Below are positions 1 to 15,935 of a stretch of 64,000 nt of DNA, one piece after another. The first letter of the stretch is position 1; each line of letters starts with the position of its first letter. The notes under the pieces are model-generated. The model made no database searches. It saw nothing but the letters and a program-made list of their open reading frames with translations, and was not told the DNA's origin. This stretch comes from Azolla caroliniana (taxonomy: Eukaryota; Plantae; Polypodiophyta): positions 2,480,001-2,544,000 of the forward strand of contig JBHGNT010000018.1 of the NCBI GenBank assembly GCA_043228905.1. The letters run 5' to 3'. Position numbers and translations under genes: made by a program.

Positions 1-1143
1 CTCTAGTCACAAATCGTTTTTATTCTTGGCAAACCTTTTAATTTGGACAATAGCTTATTGATTCTTGTTTTCCTTAGACAATGATAAATTGCCACACCAA
101 GCTTCTTTCTCATTTGGATTATAGGTTTGGACCTAACCTAAGATTGAAATCTAATTGCTATTCATCTATGCTTAAACTTTCCAACTTTTAATATTAATCT
201 TGTTGATTTAAAGACGGTTAGTCGTTATTCAAATCCTAACGATTTTCCCCAAGAGATTCAAACTCGAACTGAAGTGGACTATTTATTGATTTTTTTGATC
301 TATTCATCAATAATTGTATCAACATCAAGCTTTTTCTAGGAACACTCAACACCATTGGCGCCTTTAGCCCTTTTCCGTGCATGCTTCTTTCAATTGTTTT
401 TATATTCCTTTAGATTTCATCGTCAATGGCTTATTTTCAAGCATTTTCTTTTATTTATAATCTGAAACCTCGATGTTGAAGCTCCAAAAGTTGACTTTTT
501 TATTGTGTATGTTCGATGTGTGTACGATCCACTAGTAATATCATGCATTGCTACAAGATTTGTCTCTAGATGGAAGGTTGTGTCGGAGACAAGATCCTTT
601 TCCCCGCTCTTTTGTCGATGATTTCTTGACTTTCCACCTCGACTCTTTTTTATACTCAACTAATAATTGAGCTAGATATTTTATCGTTAATAGTTTCAGA
701 GAATTATTGTGGGCTAAGCCAACGTGCATCTAACCACTATTGACATCAGTTGTTGCATCCTTGTTTCTCACAATGATGGTAGGATTTGGATCCCCTCCAC
801 ATGTAAAAAGGATTGCAATATATAAGCCTTCACCATTCTGGACAAGGTGCTCATTTCCTTGATGCTGCACGGTTATGTAATGCTTTTACACACCATCCAT
901 CTAACAAAAGTGAAACAATCATGGAAAGTATCCTTTATCTCATGGGATAAAGGTATGTTTTTTTCTACATACCACAACAAAGGGACCCATGAATTGGTAC
1001 AATTGTAGAGTGGTCTATATCCTCTCCTTGGTTACCTCCTTGCACATTACATATAGACAAATACACAATTGCATGCAATGTGCGCATTTGTGGATTTAAA
1101 AATAAGTAGGCATGCTTTACACAATGTTTTAAAGAGCTTTGCA

Positions 1144-1179
<36 letters not shown>

Positions 1180-1339
1180 ACAAATACACACATGATCTTA
1201 GACTAAAGAAATCAATAAATAATTAACATGCTTTCTCCTTTATCTCTACCTTAACAACTTTTTACTTTCAAGGCATGGTCCACAAATAACAAAGGTAGAA
1301 ATGTATTTACAATGACATCGTGTTTTTATTGTTGTGATG

Positions 1340-2330
1340 CCAATAACTTGTGAAACTAATCACATGGAAGGTATATTTTCCCTCATGCGCCCAACATAAA
1401 AGTGTTCAGTTATGCATTGTCGTACAATTCATAGAGGATAATGTGCCAACTACTATTAGAACAGAAAATGTGAGCCTCGACTTTAGTCTCGGATATTTTG
1501 GTCCTCTCAAAATTGACATGGGAATACTCGAACGATACGTTAAAGTGTTATGGAAGAGATCTTATAACTTCATCTTTCCTTTGTGTAGAATAACAATGCT
1601 TTCTTAAAAATCAGGATTCAACTTTTCACATGTTAGTTATCTCAAGAAATTGAATGTTTGTTTGGATGATATAGTGGATAAACAATGTTGTTGATCCATT
1701 TAAGGATTTTATGTTTGCGTGCATGAAACTAATTGTTGGTGATCCTCATTATGATTTATTCTCCCTTGAGGTTCTCATAAAAAGGCATGCTTGATGCTTT
1801 GAAGTATGGATCTCCCTTTTTAGGAAGGAGACACGCATCAAGAAAACTTGTGTACTTAGGTCCGGTGGGTCAATATTGGCCTCTCTATGGACGCTAAAAT
1901 AATTATCTATTTATCATTGGAGTAGGAGGTTTTCTCAAGTCTCACCAACTATAGCCTCCTTGATATGCCTAAAGACTTTCCAAGAAATATTCGTCGTGGA
2001 TTTTTTGAATGGACAAAGACCATTTACAAATTATGGAGTTGTTTTGCTAATTATTGACCAATGTTTGTTTAGCTCATATTAATTATATTTACATGTTTGT
2101 TTGAGTCTCGTTAACCATAATGTTGTCTTGTATGGAGTAAGAGACTTGGACCAAGTCTTATCAACCATAACATGCTCACATACGCTTGAAAACTTTCCCC
2201 TTGTAACATTCAATAGTCATTGGCATTGTCTCCCCCTAAGCCATTATCATGGATTCCATGGTCTTATATGCATATCACTCTTTCTAGCAATATCATAGTA
2301 GAGTAAATGTCAGCGTCTATAATTTGACAA
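1340..2330 (-). mobile_element. Heavily degraded Ty3/gypsy pol (integrase-like) remnant
   Basis: Minus-strand fragments resemble integrase motifs (YHPxT-like near 1660-1680). There are many stops and no LTRs were found. Confidence 0.35.
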
Positions 2331-2713
2331 TGTTATATCGTGCCGCAACAAAGTTATCGAGGCAATCCAATAGTGCATCTGTTGTGGACATTAATTTGAC
2401 AAGTTATCTCAATTTAATTAATTTTTCCTTACTACGGTTGTGCACATACATCTATATAGAACATGGCCTCTATTATTTAGTTCGCACACCAACGTTTATA
2501 CATTTTCACCCATAGGTTTATTAACATTGGCTTAAACCTTTATTTACAATGGTAATTTTGGTGTTTTCACTTTAGATGTCGAGGAAAATGAAAACAACGT
2601 CCATGTTAGAAAACTATCTCTCGAGTTTAGAAGCCAAAGCTTTGATATTGAAAGAATATGATTTACCACTACACCATTTTGTCTTTGTATTTGATTTTTA
2701 TTAATATGATTCA

Positions 2714-2948
2714 CATAGTATGAGCCATATGTACCATACGAGCATTCGCATTCGCGTAAGAAAAACACCCTCAAAGAATGATAAATACCATACTTTTGGA
2801 TTAACTATTTATTATGAGGTAAATAAGCCTAAAAAAGGGGGAAAAAACAAAAAAAACACACACAAGAATGTTTGAATAACATTTGCATTCGTTTTCCAAC
2901 GTAGGAAACGAATGTTATGCTAGACGAACACGAAGTTTACGTACTATG
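2714..2948. mobile_element. hAT-like MITE, copy 1
   Basis: Clearly homologous to 21012-21255. Terminal inverted repeats CATAGTA...TACTATG are present; the TSD is not cleanly preserved. Confidence 0.7.
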
Positions 2949-5039
2949 AATATGAATATCATGACTTTGTAAATTGATCATGCTTTTTCAAGACACGTCT
3001 TATTATAGAGATGAATGTCCTAAGGCCTCTAATTTATGGGAAGTATAGCAATATGCTTTAACACATATTGTATTGTTTCTTTCATTTTCCATTTGTCTAG
3101 AAACATGCCTCTATTTTCGTTGTTTCAAATACCTCTCCTCAAGAATGATTTCATATTTTAGAGACTCTTGCAAACTTGATTGTCCACACCCGTGCTGCCA
3201 TGTTTTCTTCATTGTTGGTTATCTAGTCTTAGAAACCTTTCCCATCAATGTCACACATTTGCATGTGTTTTGGTTTATTTTATGTTAAGCTAGTGTATGC
3301 CATCAAGTCATGCAAAAAGTTGAAGGAATGGGCATTGGGAATCTCATGATGCTACCAAACACTTCTAAAAAGCAAATGAAGGCATGCAACATAATCTATC
3401 TTCAATTATACTAAATCTCTTCGTACAAGAATTATAAGTAAAGGCATAGCGTGGCTCTTTAGAAAGGCATACATATGTTATTTCGTAATATGTGCCAAAG
3501 TTTAAGCTCCTTTTTTATCAAGTAAAAAATATAGTCCAACAGCATTCAAGATTGGGGAGAATGTCATCTTCATTCATATTTTCATTATTAGGTATGAGAT
3601 ATTGAGATGCTCTAAATTTTGGAGGGAGGCAAAGTGACATGTTATTCAAGGTTGTCCATGTTAAGTTGTTGCCAAACAAAGATGATCTATTTACTTAATC
3701 CCTTTATCAAAAAACAAATGCTCATTTCATCTCTAGTTATTGGTTTCAATCTTAGGTGGTCCTTTATCTCAATCATCATGTGGATGTTGGCGTAAAGAAC
3801 ATATTTTTTGATGATGTGGATGCTTAGTATCACACATTAAAATTTTGATTATGGTTTTAATGCACACACAATGAAAAGTTGAATTAAAGAATGCTTAACA
3901 ATAGTAAATGTGTGGACAAATAGATAAATAGAATACAAAATAATGTAGTTTTAATAGTTATAGTATTTATGGCGTATAAAGTATATCATAGTCTCTCCTC
4001 CCATTTTTTTCCAATAGATGAATAGATCAGATAAAAGGATAGATAAATATGGAAGGGGCAAACCACTCGTCAAAGTAAAAAATGCTCAATGGGAGCAAAA
4101 TTAAGCATTTTCACATAGTTAATGTGGAGTTGATAAATGATTGTCTATAGACTATGATGAAGAATTTTACTAATGAGCTGTGAGGATTATTGTACTCCCA
4201 ATACAATAATCATACATGTGTACCATGAGAAGAATTATTGCGAGTATTGGAAGAACAAACTTTAGAACTGTGGTGAATTCAACAGGGAACAATTACCTCC
4301 ATGACCGGATGATGGTATGATCCATGTCTCTTGTGTCCTAGTACCTAGAATCTCTCTTGTTTTCAACAGTCCTCTTCTAGCTCAACGGTAGACTCCTTGA
4401 CACATTACTACTGGAGGTGTGGGCATATGGAGGAAGTCAATGATGTGCTATTGTCATTGGAATGTGTAAGAAAACATAAGTCAATGATTTTGAAGCTAAA
4501 TTTTTTTTTGACCAAAGTGACATGAGTCAAAGTTGCACGTAAGACATTAGTTGGGCTAGAGCAAACCTTGCACATATAAGTATGAGAGGCTTGGGCTTGA
4601 AGGGAGTTGGTCAACTTTTGTAAATTTATATTACTTGTAGCTACAATAGTGAATAGTAAAGTTCGTGATATATGGAAGTGTTGAGTGGGATGTCACTAAC
4701 ATGATCTTGTCAAATCATATATTCTTTGATGTACTTGTGATGTAGTCTCCTAAGGCCTGAATCAATGACTAACTCAAGGACCAACTTGTGAAAGAATTGA
4801 TAAGCACTTCTATGCAAATGGGTCTTGAGATTCAAGCACACATCTGATTTGGCCAATCCCAAGTATAAGGCCAAGTTAGTTGCAAAGTGTTTAGTCAAGA
4901 ATATGTCATCAATTTTGACAAATTTTCTCATCAGTGGAGAAAATGACAATGAGCATCAGTTAGGTTTTCTTGGAGCAATGAGCATCATTTCTTGTACTTG
5001 AAAGACACATTTGACGGTTCAATCGCCTCTCTTATCCTC

Positions 5040-5760
5040 GATAGGGGTGATATGCTACTCGTAGACTAAAATGTTGGTGAGATTGTCGATATCCAATAAC
5101 AACTACAATTGAATTTCTCCATGAAGCACTAAGGTCCTACATGACATATTCTTGGGATGAAGATTAGACAACATAAAATTGTGCGACCATTATATATGTC
5201 TCAAGTTGATTACATCCAATGACGCTGCTAATTGCCAACCTTAGGATTTCTCAAAAACATTGTTAGACATCCGGTCTAGAGGGGGATCATATGAAGTTGG
5301 TACCATGCTCACTAATGGTTGGTTCTTTGATGTATACAATGATCCCAACTTGGTGTGAATTAGTGCATGTGGTTGATATAAGAAGGAGATTTATACGCAA
5401 ACTTCATTGACCACATTATAATGTAGTGAATCATATCTTCAAATATTTGATTGGCACACAAGACTTACCATCATATTGGGATTGAAAAACCCTCAATTCG
5501 AAACAACCAACTTAGACACTCAAAAATCAACCTCTAGCAATTTCTTCCAATAAATAGGTGGCGGAATCTCAGGGAGATCCAAACCTTAGGAGTGCACAAC
5601 AACTTCAACAACTAAAGTAGAATATATACTTGCATCGAACACATGGAAAGAAGCATTATGGCTTAGTCCACTAGCTAGCACGAGTCAAAGAATCATTCCG
5701 AACTTCGTTCCAATCTTATATAGTGAAAACCAAGGTGTTATACCTTTGCAATTGCTCCAC
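5040..5760 (+). mobile_element. Degraded Ty1/copia RT-RNaseH remnant
   Basis: Decayed copia motifs (ILGMKI-like near 5150, KST, STTKVEY and KEALWL-like near 5520-5665) with many stops and frameshifts. Confidence 0.55.
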
Positions 5761-7074
5761 TAAGTCTGCTCGTTGTTATCATCTAAGCTTATACAAGGAT
5801 GTAAGGTACTTGTTGTGATTATGAATGGCAACAAATCTCAAAACATATTTGGCATTCAACATTACCATTTTGATCATAATATGTCTTTTTAAGTTTAAGC
5901 AATGGCTTTATTTCTTAAATATAAAAATTGCTGCCTAAGCATAGGCTAGGCTTGAAGTATGCAAAACATGTACTGAAATTCAGGCTTTCGTAAGACCACA
6001 ATATTACATAGCAGAGCATTTCTTTACTAGTAATACAAACTACATGACATGAGTACAATTCTGAATCTCGGTAAATTGGGTTTGAAAAAGTTGAAAAGAT
6101 GGAAGGTTTGGAGATAATATCTTCAAAATCAATACGTATAGATGGGAAGAAATGATTGCTCATTCTATTTCAAATTGAACTAGAACGATGCACTACAGTG
6201 CCACATGCTGAAAACAATACCAATCTCATGCAAGAGTGTGCTTTAACAATTCTGCGCTTTCTTTGATTGCCAGAAACTATCAATATTCCTACCAATCTCA
6301 CACTAGGTAAGGAGATTGAATTTCAAAGTCATACCCCACGTCACCTTTATTCCATGTAATTTCAAACTTGAGAAAGAACATCAATCCTAAGTTTTACCAA
6401 TGAGACAACATACAACTGTAGAGAATGATTTCCAGACAAAAAATACTATCATAGTAAACACATGAACTCAAGGGTAATTAATATATTGGACTGACATTGT
6501 GAAGTGCTAAAGAAGCATTTTGTTCTTACAATTGCCCCAACTGACATCGCAGATTGGGAAGCGAAAATGGTTAGAATCACACCCTCAACCGATTGAGACG
6601 ATTGTAGAGGGGTCTGAAATTGTATGTATACCAACAACAGTTTAAAAGCATCAATCTGTTCTGTTGATAGTGTACCTTTGCCTTTATGGACTGATTGACA
6701 CAGAAGAAAAAATCATCGGCAAACCCCCACAATCTGGTAGTTTTTGGCAGCCAAGCCAACCCATACAAAGCATAGCATACAATGCAAACTACCAGATTAC
6801 TTCCTTCCATGTTACAAATCATATTAAGATTACATGGAAATGAGGGATCAGATATCAACATAGCTCAGTTTCCTCCCCTTTGAATCAATCTATTTCTTAT
6901 ATTACCTGTAGAACGATTATCATGGGTATATATCGTGTATAGCACGGAACACACACATAACTGCTGTATGTGTTCATCAAAGAGGGACATTTAGTTCACT
7001 TTTTCTTTCGCTATGTGTGTATGTATAATACACATAATAAGATAGATTTTGCTGAGACTGGCTATAATATATAT

Positions 7075-10000
7075 CTAGCTAGGGTCTCGCTTCAACTGTT
7101 TGCCTCTAGAATCAGCATTGCTTCCTTCTGAAGGCATATGGCCTGCAGCGTAATCCAAACCATTGGGAAGGCTAGAAGAGTTGAAAGGAAGCTCCTTTGT
7201 GCTTGTCTCATCCTTAGATTTTCTTATTGAATTCTTTGGACCAGACCTCTCATCCAGATCATCTAATCTCCTACACCTTGACAAAGAAGGCATATCATCA
7301 TTGCAATATCTATGCCATAGACTTCTGTACACTCCCTCTAGGTTTTGAACAGCATTGCTACCATTGCAAAGATGCGACTTAAGCATGCGCTCTCTAAGGC
7401 TGTTTCTTGTATTAGCCAGTGTGGTTATGTCAGATGCGAGATCAAGCGCTTTGCTCACATATTCATCTTCTGTTTGTGCAACCAGTTTCTCTAGTCCTGT
7501 AATTGATTTATTTATCAATCTATCAGCAGTCTCTTGAGCCAAATAAGAAAGATAAATAGGAATTAGTTAAAAGAATTAAGTAAGAATCTGAAGTTAGAAC
7601 CAGTACCAACTTGATGCAGAAGTGTCACCCCTACATTGTTGGCATGAACTAAACCTGCCATCGTTACACAGGGTACTCCCATATATAAAGATTCACATGT
7701 AGTAGTAGTACCAGCATATGGGAAAGTGTCCAAACTGCTCAAGAGGTCAAAAATGAAAAACCAAACATTAGTGCATTAGTTAAACAAAAAAAGATACAAA
7801 TCATGACAATTCATCTTCAGATGATACTACAATTCTTTGTACCTTTGATATATGGAATATTATAATGATCCATGAACACATGCATAGAAGAAATGCATTC
7901 CTATTTCAGGGCCTTCTTGTTTTACAGGTACAATTCTTAAATACTTACAAAAAATACACTTTATAGCACACAAACCTGATATCCATCAGAGAGTATGCCT
8001 GCATGTGGTCATGATTCAGGAGGATCAATGGTAGGAGATCTACACGATTTGATTCTACTCCAAGTTCTTCCAGTTTTGCAAGAAATGTATCTCTGATACT
8101 TTCACAACAAAATGGTTTGCATTTGACTATCAACCTTGCTGTTGGCATAGCACAAAGAATTTTCGCCCAAACACAAAGTACTCGCTGTGTGATCTGTGCA
8201 AATCAATGGATTTAGTAAAATCCAAAAGCTAACTTGAACAATAAAAGCTATTGTGAAACACTTCTTAACCTTGGCAAGGTTGTTAAAGCTCCCAAAAGTG
8301 ACGAAACCATTGGCAATGGCTGGTGTTTCCACTATCGGCCCTGCTTCTGAAGACGGTGTATAGCAGAGAAAACAGCCTGGTAGTCTCACAAGCTCTTCAA
8401 CATGTCTGCATGTGAATAGAAGGCCATTTCCCAACCAAGTGAGAAAGATAGACATATTTATGTCTCATACATAGCTTCCAGATATCCAGCATTGACATTC
8501 TATGTACCTTTGTTTTGTTGATGGAGGATCCACCAAAGCATCAGTGAACCGATAGTCTATTGTTGGAAGGCCGGTAGTATTTGGATACCCAATCCATGTG
8601 GCCTGAAATGAACCACCCGGGGTATAAATAAAAGGTGCAATTAGAATAATCGATCATAAAAAAGGCACTTCAAGAGAAGAAATAACCTGAACAGGCGCAG
8701 GATGGCACGCTAATACTCCAAGTTTGTTGTTGGCTGTATGCCCAGTCAGCTCAACTAGGATATCAACTTTATCTTCCCTCACAAAATTCGCTACAATTTT
8801 TTCATCAATACCATAGATGTCTCTCCAAGTACCGCCTTTCCTGATGACAGTATCCTTTAATCGCATCGTTTTTGCATCACCCTGGCATCACCAGCAAAAC
8901 AATCAATATAATCTTACTGAAACATGTAGGCATGCTCAAGCTCACAGAGTCCTAGCACCATTACCTTCACAACGGCAGAATAAACCACAACTCTATACTT
9001 TGAGTAATCATGATATAAAAGTGGTGCCTCCACAAAATAGGATACAGAATGTGTAAAGTAGTCTGGTGAAATATACCCAATCACTAATGCACGATCAGGA
9101 TGCTTTAAGTTTTCCCATGTGGTAAACTCTGGGTAATTCTGGCTAAACTGTTTGCCCCATTCTCTGTAGATTACAACAAGGATCATATTATTGATGCACT
9201 TCATCTGGTGGAAACCACACCAATAAGTCAAATCCATCAAAGACTCCAAATTTAAATCCATACACAAACTGTTCGGGGTTTAGGGCTCAGTTAAACAATA
9301 TTTGAATTATCAGCTACTAATGTCACATAAGGTAAGATATAACTCAAATAATTTGTCTGCTGAAGGATACCAATAATTTCTACCAATTAGATAAATCCTA
9401 ACAATCCCTGATTTGCGTAGGAGACAAATGAGCAAAAAAACTAGTAATAACCTGTGGGCACTAAAAAGCTTGTCATCATCACCCTCATAAATATAATTCA
9501 TGGCGAGCAGCCGATTCTGCAATCATATGCGTGATCAGTAATCAATTCTGACAGACTTGAATACCTAAGGACAAGTTTGCCTAGGATAGGCTATCACACC
9601 TGACCCGCATTGCGTGAATTGGGATCAATTTGTAAGCATCGTTCATAAGCTTCTATAGCAAGAGAAATGTTGCCAGCATCTCTGTGTAATACACCTGCAC
9701 GTAAAAACAAGCTTCAAGCCCAAATGAATGAAAAGCACTTTAAGGATATTACACTTTTATACCAAACCAGTCGAATGACTCAGTGAAAAAAAAGGCCCAC
9801 CTAAATTGTTGTATGCCTCAGCATAAGAAGGATTCGCCATTATTGCCTTCTCAATCATGCTTGCGGCGGCATCCATCTTACCCTGTTTGGATTGAAATTG
9901 TTCAATGCAAGTTGTCCTCCAAAATTATTAATTTTCATCCCAGCACCAAGGCTATAGAGATAGTTTGTTCTAACCTGGACTGTATAGACTACCCCAAGGT

Positions 10001-13000
10001 TATTAAGTGATTGAGAAAAATTGGGCTTGATGGAAAGTGCCATCTGCATTTCAATAAAATGTGTTACGAAAAGTATGTTTGTACTCTTCAAAGTTTGCAT
10101 TCTCTGGGAAAGTAATAATTCCCCCACAAGTAATCAACCTATCATGTTACTAGTGCTCCAACACTGATACAGTTGAGAAAGAAATTATGCAAATACAGAC
10201 GGTGCATGATGCTGATATTTCAGCATGCATAAGCAACTTTAGTGTCTTGAGGAATCTGAAACTTTGAAGAATATGTTTGGACTCTTCAAAGTCTGTATTC
10301 TCTGGCAAATTAATAATTCCCCCAAAAGTAATCTACATATCATGTTAATAGTGCTCCAACATTGATACAGTTAAGAAAGAAATAATGTGAATACAGACGG
10401 TGGATAATGCTGACATTTCAGTATGCAGGAAACTAAAATGTTGAAGAGAGTTGAAAAAAAATGCAGAACAGACCTGGTAGCATTCAACAGCTTTATCAAG
10501 GTTATCTCTGTCTTTATAAATGACACCAAGGTTGTTGCATGCTTCTGCACAATGAGGATTGAAGTGTAGCGCAAGTTCATACATTACAACAGCCTGCAGT
10601 CAAGGCCTGCACCATTAAGCATACCTGTTTGTTTACCTACTATTTTTTCTAATCTTTTGTAATTATTCTGATCTTAATCTTACCATGTCAAATTTAAGCA
10701 TTTCTCCATATGCAACACCCAAGTTGTACAATGAATCTGCATAATGCCAATTATACAAAAGAGCTTTCTTGTAGTAAGCCACTCCTTGATGGATATCACC
10801 TTCAAGCTTTACCTGCATAAGTTAATATTGTCAGAAATGTGGAATTCTGATTAGAAATTACAAGATGTATGCTCCTAAAGGAACAGATGCTTTTGAGGTT
10901 CATTGATACTATATCCACATGATTCTTTTATAGTTACAATTGCAAATCAAGTTTCTGAATAGCAAGCTCTCTCCACTAGTTGCCTTTCTATTATAAATTT
11001 TTTAAATATTTTCCCAGGTGAGACCCACATTGATTACAATTCTGCTTTTAGACCTGAACGTCTCCACTATCAGAACCCGGCTATTCAGGTTCAAAAGTTC
11101 TCCAATGGGGTACTCTAGCGTATAGCCAAACTGAAACTACCCTGAACAAACTTGAACAGCAGTGAAACACAATATAAATCCTTATTCCGCACTCAACCTG
11201 CCCTTAACAAGAGTTATGGTGAGTTGACAACTCTTGACCAATCCCAATTGCCCCCACATCCTGGCAGCTTTCTAGGTATTTATTTATCATTATTCCATAG
11301 AATCAGAATTTACGGTATTCAAAGCTTCAACCAACACAACAATCCCAAGATATCGTAACCCGAGAAAATGCCTGCAGGAGCATGCATTTATCTTAAAATC
11401 CTAAATTCTGAAAGTATAAAGATCCATTAGATATCCTGGACAAGCAGCTTAGCATTTTGCACACAAATCTGCAAGAACAAGCGAACAGCTCTAAGATTCT
11501 TGTTAAAACCACAATGTGGGAAAGACGCTGAGTGGGATGCTTCTTATGGGTAAGTATGCAGTAACTTTTTACACTAAAAGCTAATGAAAACATGCCTAAC
11601 AAAACCGCCCCTTAGTACTATGAAGGCAAGACTAGTTTATCATTTAGTAATGATCCATTTTCAAAATTAGACAATGCTTCCTTTCCCTTTCTCAATGTTG
11701 AATGGTCAATTTATAGAATTGGCATTACATCATGGCTAAGTGATGCAATTGACAGTTTTGTCACGCCACGTGAGAATTATGTCATGGAGAAACGTTATTT
11801 CCTCAACTTATCATACACTAAAGCAAAATGCAATATATATATAGACACGATGGTGTAACAGTAAAGTTTGTGCTTTGTAAGATATATGGTGTGGGTGCCA
11901 ACTCTCAAGCTATAACAAAAAGTCCATAACTTTACTTGAGATTCATCCTTACTAACAATTTGTTCTAAAAAAATGGCTTCACGAGACAAGAAGTTAAAAA
12001 GAATAGCATCCATAATGTGAGGATTAACAACACACTAATCTAATTACTAGAAATACACAATCATGAGCTCCATAAAAAATCAAGAAGAAACACATCATCA
12101 CTCAATGACAAACCTATGTTCAGCACATAATCCTTTAGTAAATAAGACAAACCTATGCTCTTGGCCAAGAAGGAAGCTCCCAAAATAATAGTAACTCACC
12201 ACTTATTTGCAACTCTCTTTATTGATTCAGCTCTCTAGCTATTAACTGCTGTTTTGATACAGTAACAAACATGCCTCTTCACTATTATTACAGCATGCTG
12301 CCTACATTTCTCACCTCTGAATTTAAATATCCTGTTTCCATATCTTGATTGTTTTCAGAAATTACATAAACGAGATATTACTATATAATATTTCACGTGA
12401 AATATTTCAGAACCATATAGGATTTTGCACAGGAATGTATCATAGGACATCATACCTTTGTGCCTAAATCAGTAAGTGCTATAGCCATATTGTTCTTAGC
12501 AATCTCAAAATTGGGAGAAACGGCCAGACACCTGTATAAAGTTTAAATTTTAACTCCTTGATTTTGCCTGGAAATAAGATAACGTGAATCCAAATACAGC
12601 TTCAGTATAACCTTCCAAAAACAATATTACCTCTCGTAGCAAGCGATTGCTGATTCCAAATTCCCACGATTTTTATAAATAACCCCCATATTGCAATATG
12701 CTTCAGCATACATAGGTCTATGGTGGGCAGCTTTTTCATAGCACTGAAGAGCTAGATCATATTGCATCATCTCTGAGTAAACTACTCCCAGGTTATAATA
12801 GGCTGGCTGAACAAATAGACTATGCCATGTTATAATTTCCACAAAAAAGATTATCCATACAATCGAGTGATAGGGATGATGACTTACTGCATAATTGCTA
12901 TCGGCTTTTAAGGCATCATAATATTTCTGAAGTCCTTCTTGAACATTCCCAGACAGCTTCAGGCTGGTCCCAAGATCTGTCAAAGCCATTGCGAGGTTCT

Positions 13001-15904
13001 CTGATGCTGGCTTGTAGTTTCTATCAGCAAGTAACGCCTTGTGACAAGCCTGTCATAAAAAAGAAGGGAAAATCTAAGTGTTTTCTACCATATTGACTGA
13101 TAATAAATAAAGAACTCCAACTTTTAACATTAATGACCTATTCAAGAAAGTCTAAAAATGCAATTATAAGCTAGCAAATTTAATAAGAATATACAGCAGT
13201 TCTGCAATAAAGATGTGTTAAGCATGCATAGGCAACCGCCTTACATTGCTCTTCTAGTTTATAGTAAAAAGATATTCTTCACAAGTCCAACATAGGAGCT
13301 TACATATTGGATGAGATCACAATTAATATGTACTATGTATCAGCATACATATTACGTACTCATGCCATCTCGACAAAACCTAATACAATCCTCACAGACA
13401 ATATTGTCAATCCCTCTTTATGCTATTTGTTGTTAAGGTCATTCCCAGACCATCGAACTAGGAGACATCACACAACAGTTATGTGTATTGCTTTTTCCAG
13501 AGCCCCCAAGCCTACTGACAGCCTTTTCATAGATATACTTTTGCTCCAACGAATTGCATCTTCAAAGTTCAAATTTAGTTCCAACCCAAAAAACAAATTG
13601 AATTTTTTAAAGTTCTTTCCAAGATTTTCAACCTGCATTTGAAAGTTATTTTTCAGATTCTAGGGTGCTTTTTGACGAAAACTCATGTACACAATATGTA
13701 CTATTTATGTTGTGTCTTGACTACCTATATTTAAGTATCACAATAAGTTTAAACAAGAATGGCTTTTCCAATTCTTTTGCAAGGTTTGAAATCACTTTCC
13801 CTGTTCTTATTGTTGTCTTTTCCTAAAGAATCCATCAGAGAACCAATTATGCCATATACCTAAGTTGAAAAAGTAGAGGTTTTGAATGAATGGAAACTCA
13901 CTGCTTGTCTGGTTAATACACTCACACTATGACATTCCAGTTCAAGGGGTAGTTCACATAATGAAATAGTTGTACTCTAGCTATGTATAACAATATCATC
14001 TCCACTTGGCAAGTTCAATCAGTTAGATTAATTGACCCTCTTAACCTAAACAATTATGAAGTCGGCACGGTCTGAATTTAGCTTAGTCATTCATTGATCA
14101 AACACTGGTTTGATCTCTATTGTAACCGCTTGCCTCAGTCTGACAATATGAGATGATAATATGCAGGGTTTTCATGAAGAGCACTTTATTCATCCCATAA
14201 TACAATGCTGGTTTTATCTTCATTGTCACCGCTCAACTCAAACAATATTCGTGGTACTAAGAAAACGCAAGGCTTTGCTTGAACTCTTGGATTATTCACC
14301 CCATTGCCAAATGCTGGTTTGATCCATACTCAACTCAACCAACAATTTGTGGTACTAAGAAAATGCAAGGCTTTCCTTGAACACTTGGATTATTCATCCC
14401 ATTGTCAAATGCTGGTTTGATCCATATTGTAATCACTCATTCAATCACCAAGTTGTGGTACTAAAAATACGTAAAGCTTTCCATGAAAAGCATTTGGATT
14501 TATCCATCCCTAAACTTCATTTTCCAGCCAAATGTTGGCTGATCAATATTCCACTTTCCAACAAGACGGAATAAATAAACTTTAAGAGCTACTATAAAAT
14601 GCATGATGCAGATTATTAGAAATCCGAGGTAGCAGACAGCTACAAGAGAAGTCATGGTTTACCTCATGGCATCAACGTAGAATCTCTTCCATATTCCAGC
14701 TAGAGAAATAAATAGTCTTTTAGAGATACGATAACAAATATAATGCAAAATTTTGGAATTCTAAGTAGAACATTTAGTAAAATACACCTATAAAGAGAGG
14801 TCTCCATTAACCTCACAAAAATATGTCAATAGAATACAAAGTAGGATGCCTTTCATATTGCAACAAGATGTCCTTTTATAGGAGGTAACAGAGAACACAT
14901 AATGCAATAGTAAATCTAAACATTTCACTTAGAACAATTAACTTACAAAGAGATGCCATTGTTTACCTCATAGCATCATGCCATTAGAATACAAACTAGA
15001 ATCTCTTCCAAATCCCAACAACATAGCATTTTCTTTAGTCTTACAAGAAAATGCACGAAACAAAATAAAGTACAGTAGACAATGGTCCTTTCTTTGAGAT
15101 ATCAGAGAATGCATAATACACAAACATAAAAGAAACGGAAGTAGGATTGAGCTTTGAAGATATAAAAGGGAAAAGGGAAAAGGGCAAAGTGAGGAAAAAA
15201 CAAGTATAACGCAAAAGCATGAATGAAAACATGATAAGACATAATTTTGACAAAATAAAAAGGAACTACAAAGTAGCAAAGAGCTGTGAAGAACTAAAAT
15301 GGTAAAAGAAGAGACATAACGAACTCGATATAGTACCTCGGCAGCTTCAATCAGATGACCTTCTTCTCTGTATAGAATTCCGCAATGGGTGAGAGCACAT
15401 GAATTCTTGGGATCCATTGCCAGAGCTTCAGCAAAGCTTTCGAAAGCTTTCCGAGAGAAACCTTGCATTTGCAAACATATCCCTTTTCCTACAAAAGCCT
15501 CGACATTACGAGGATCCCTTTCGAGTATACTGTTGTAGATGGATATGGCATCGGAGATTTTGTTGCGAGATCTCAGAATGGCTGCGTATGAAAGGCCGTC
15601 TTTTCCACAGAAACGCGGGGTTGGAGATGGAGAAGAAACGTGTTTTGACGCAGTGGCAGAAGAAACGTTCGACGCAGAAGAAGTGACGCGCGAAGCAGAA
15701 GGAGCAGAGGAGGAAACGTGAGAAGCGGAAAAAAAAGCGTTTGAAGAAGAAACGGAGGCTACGGCGCCATTCTGGAAGGCCACTCCCTGCTTCTGTGCTT
15801 CTTGTGCTTTAGGTGGGGAAGAAGGAGGCGAAGAGGAAGACGAAGACGACGACGACGACGACGACGAGGAGGAGGAAGAGGAACTGCGACGTTTCAGGCT
15901 ATGG

Positions 15905-15935
<31 letters not shown>

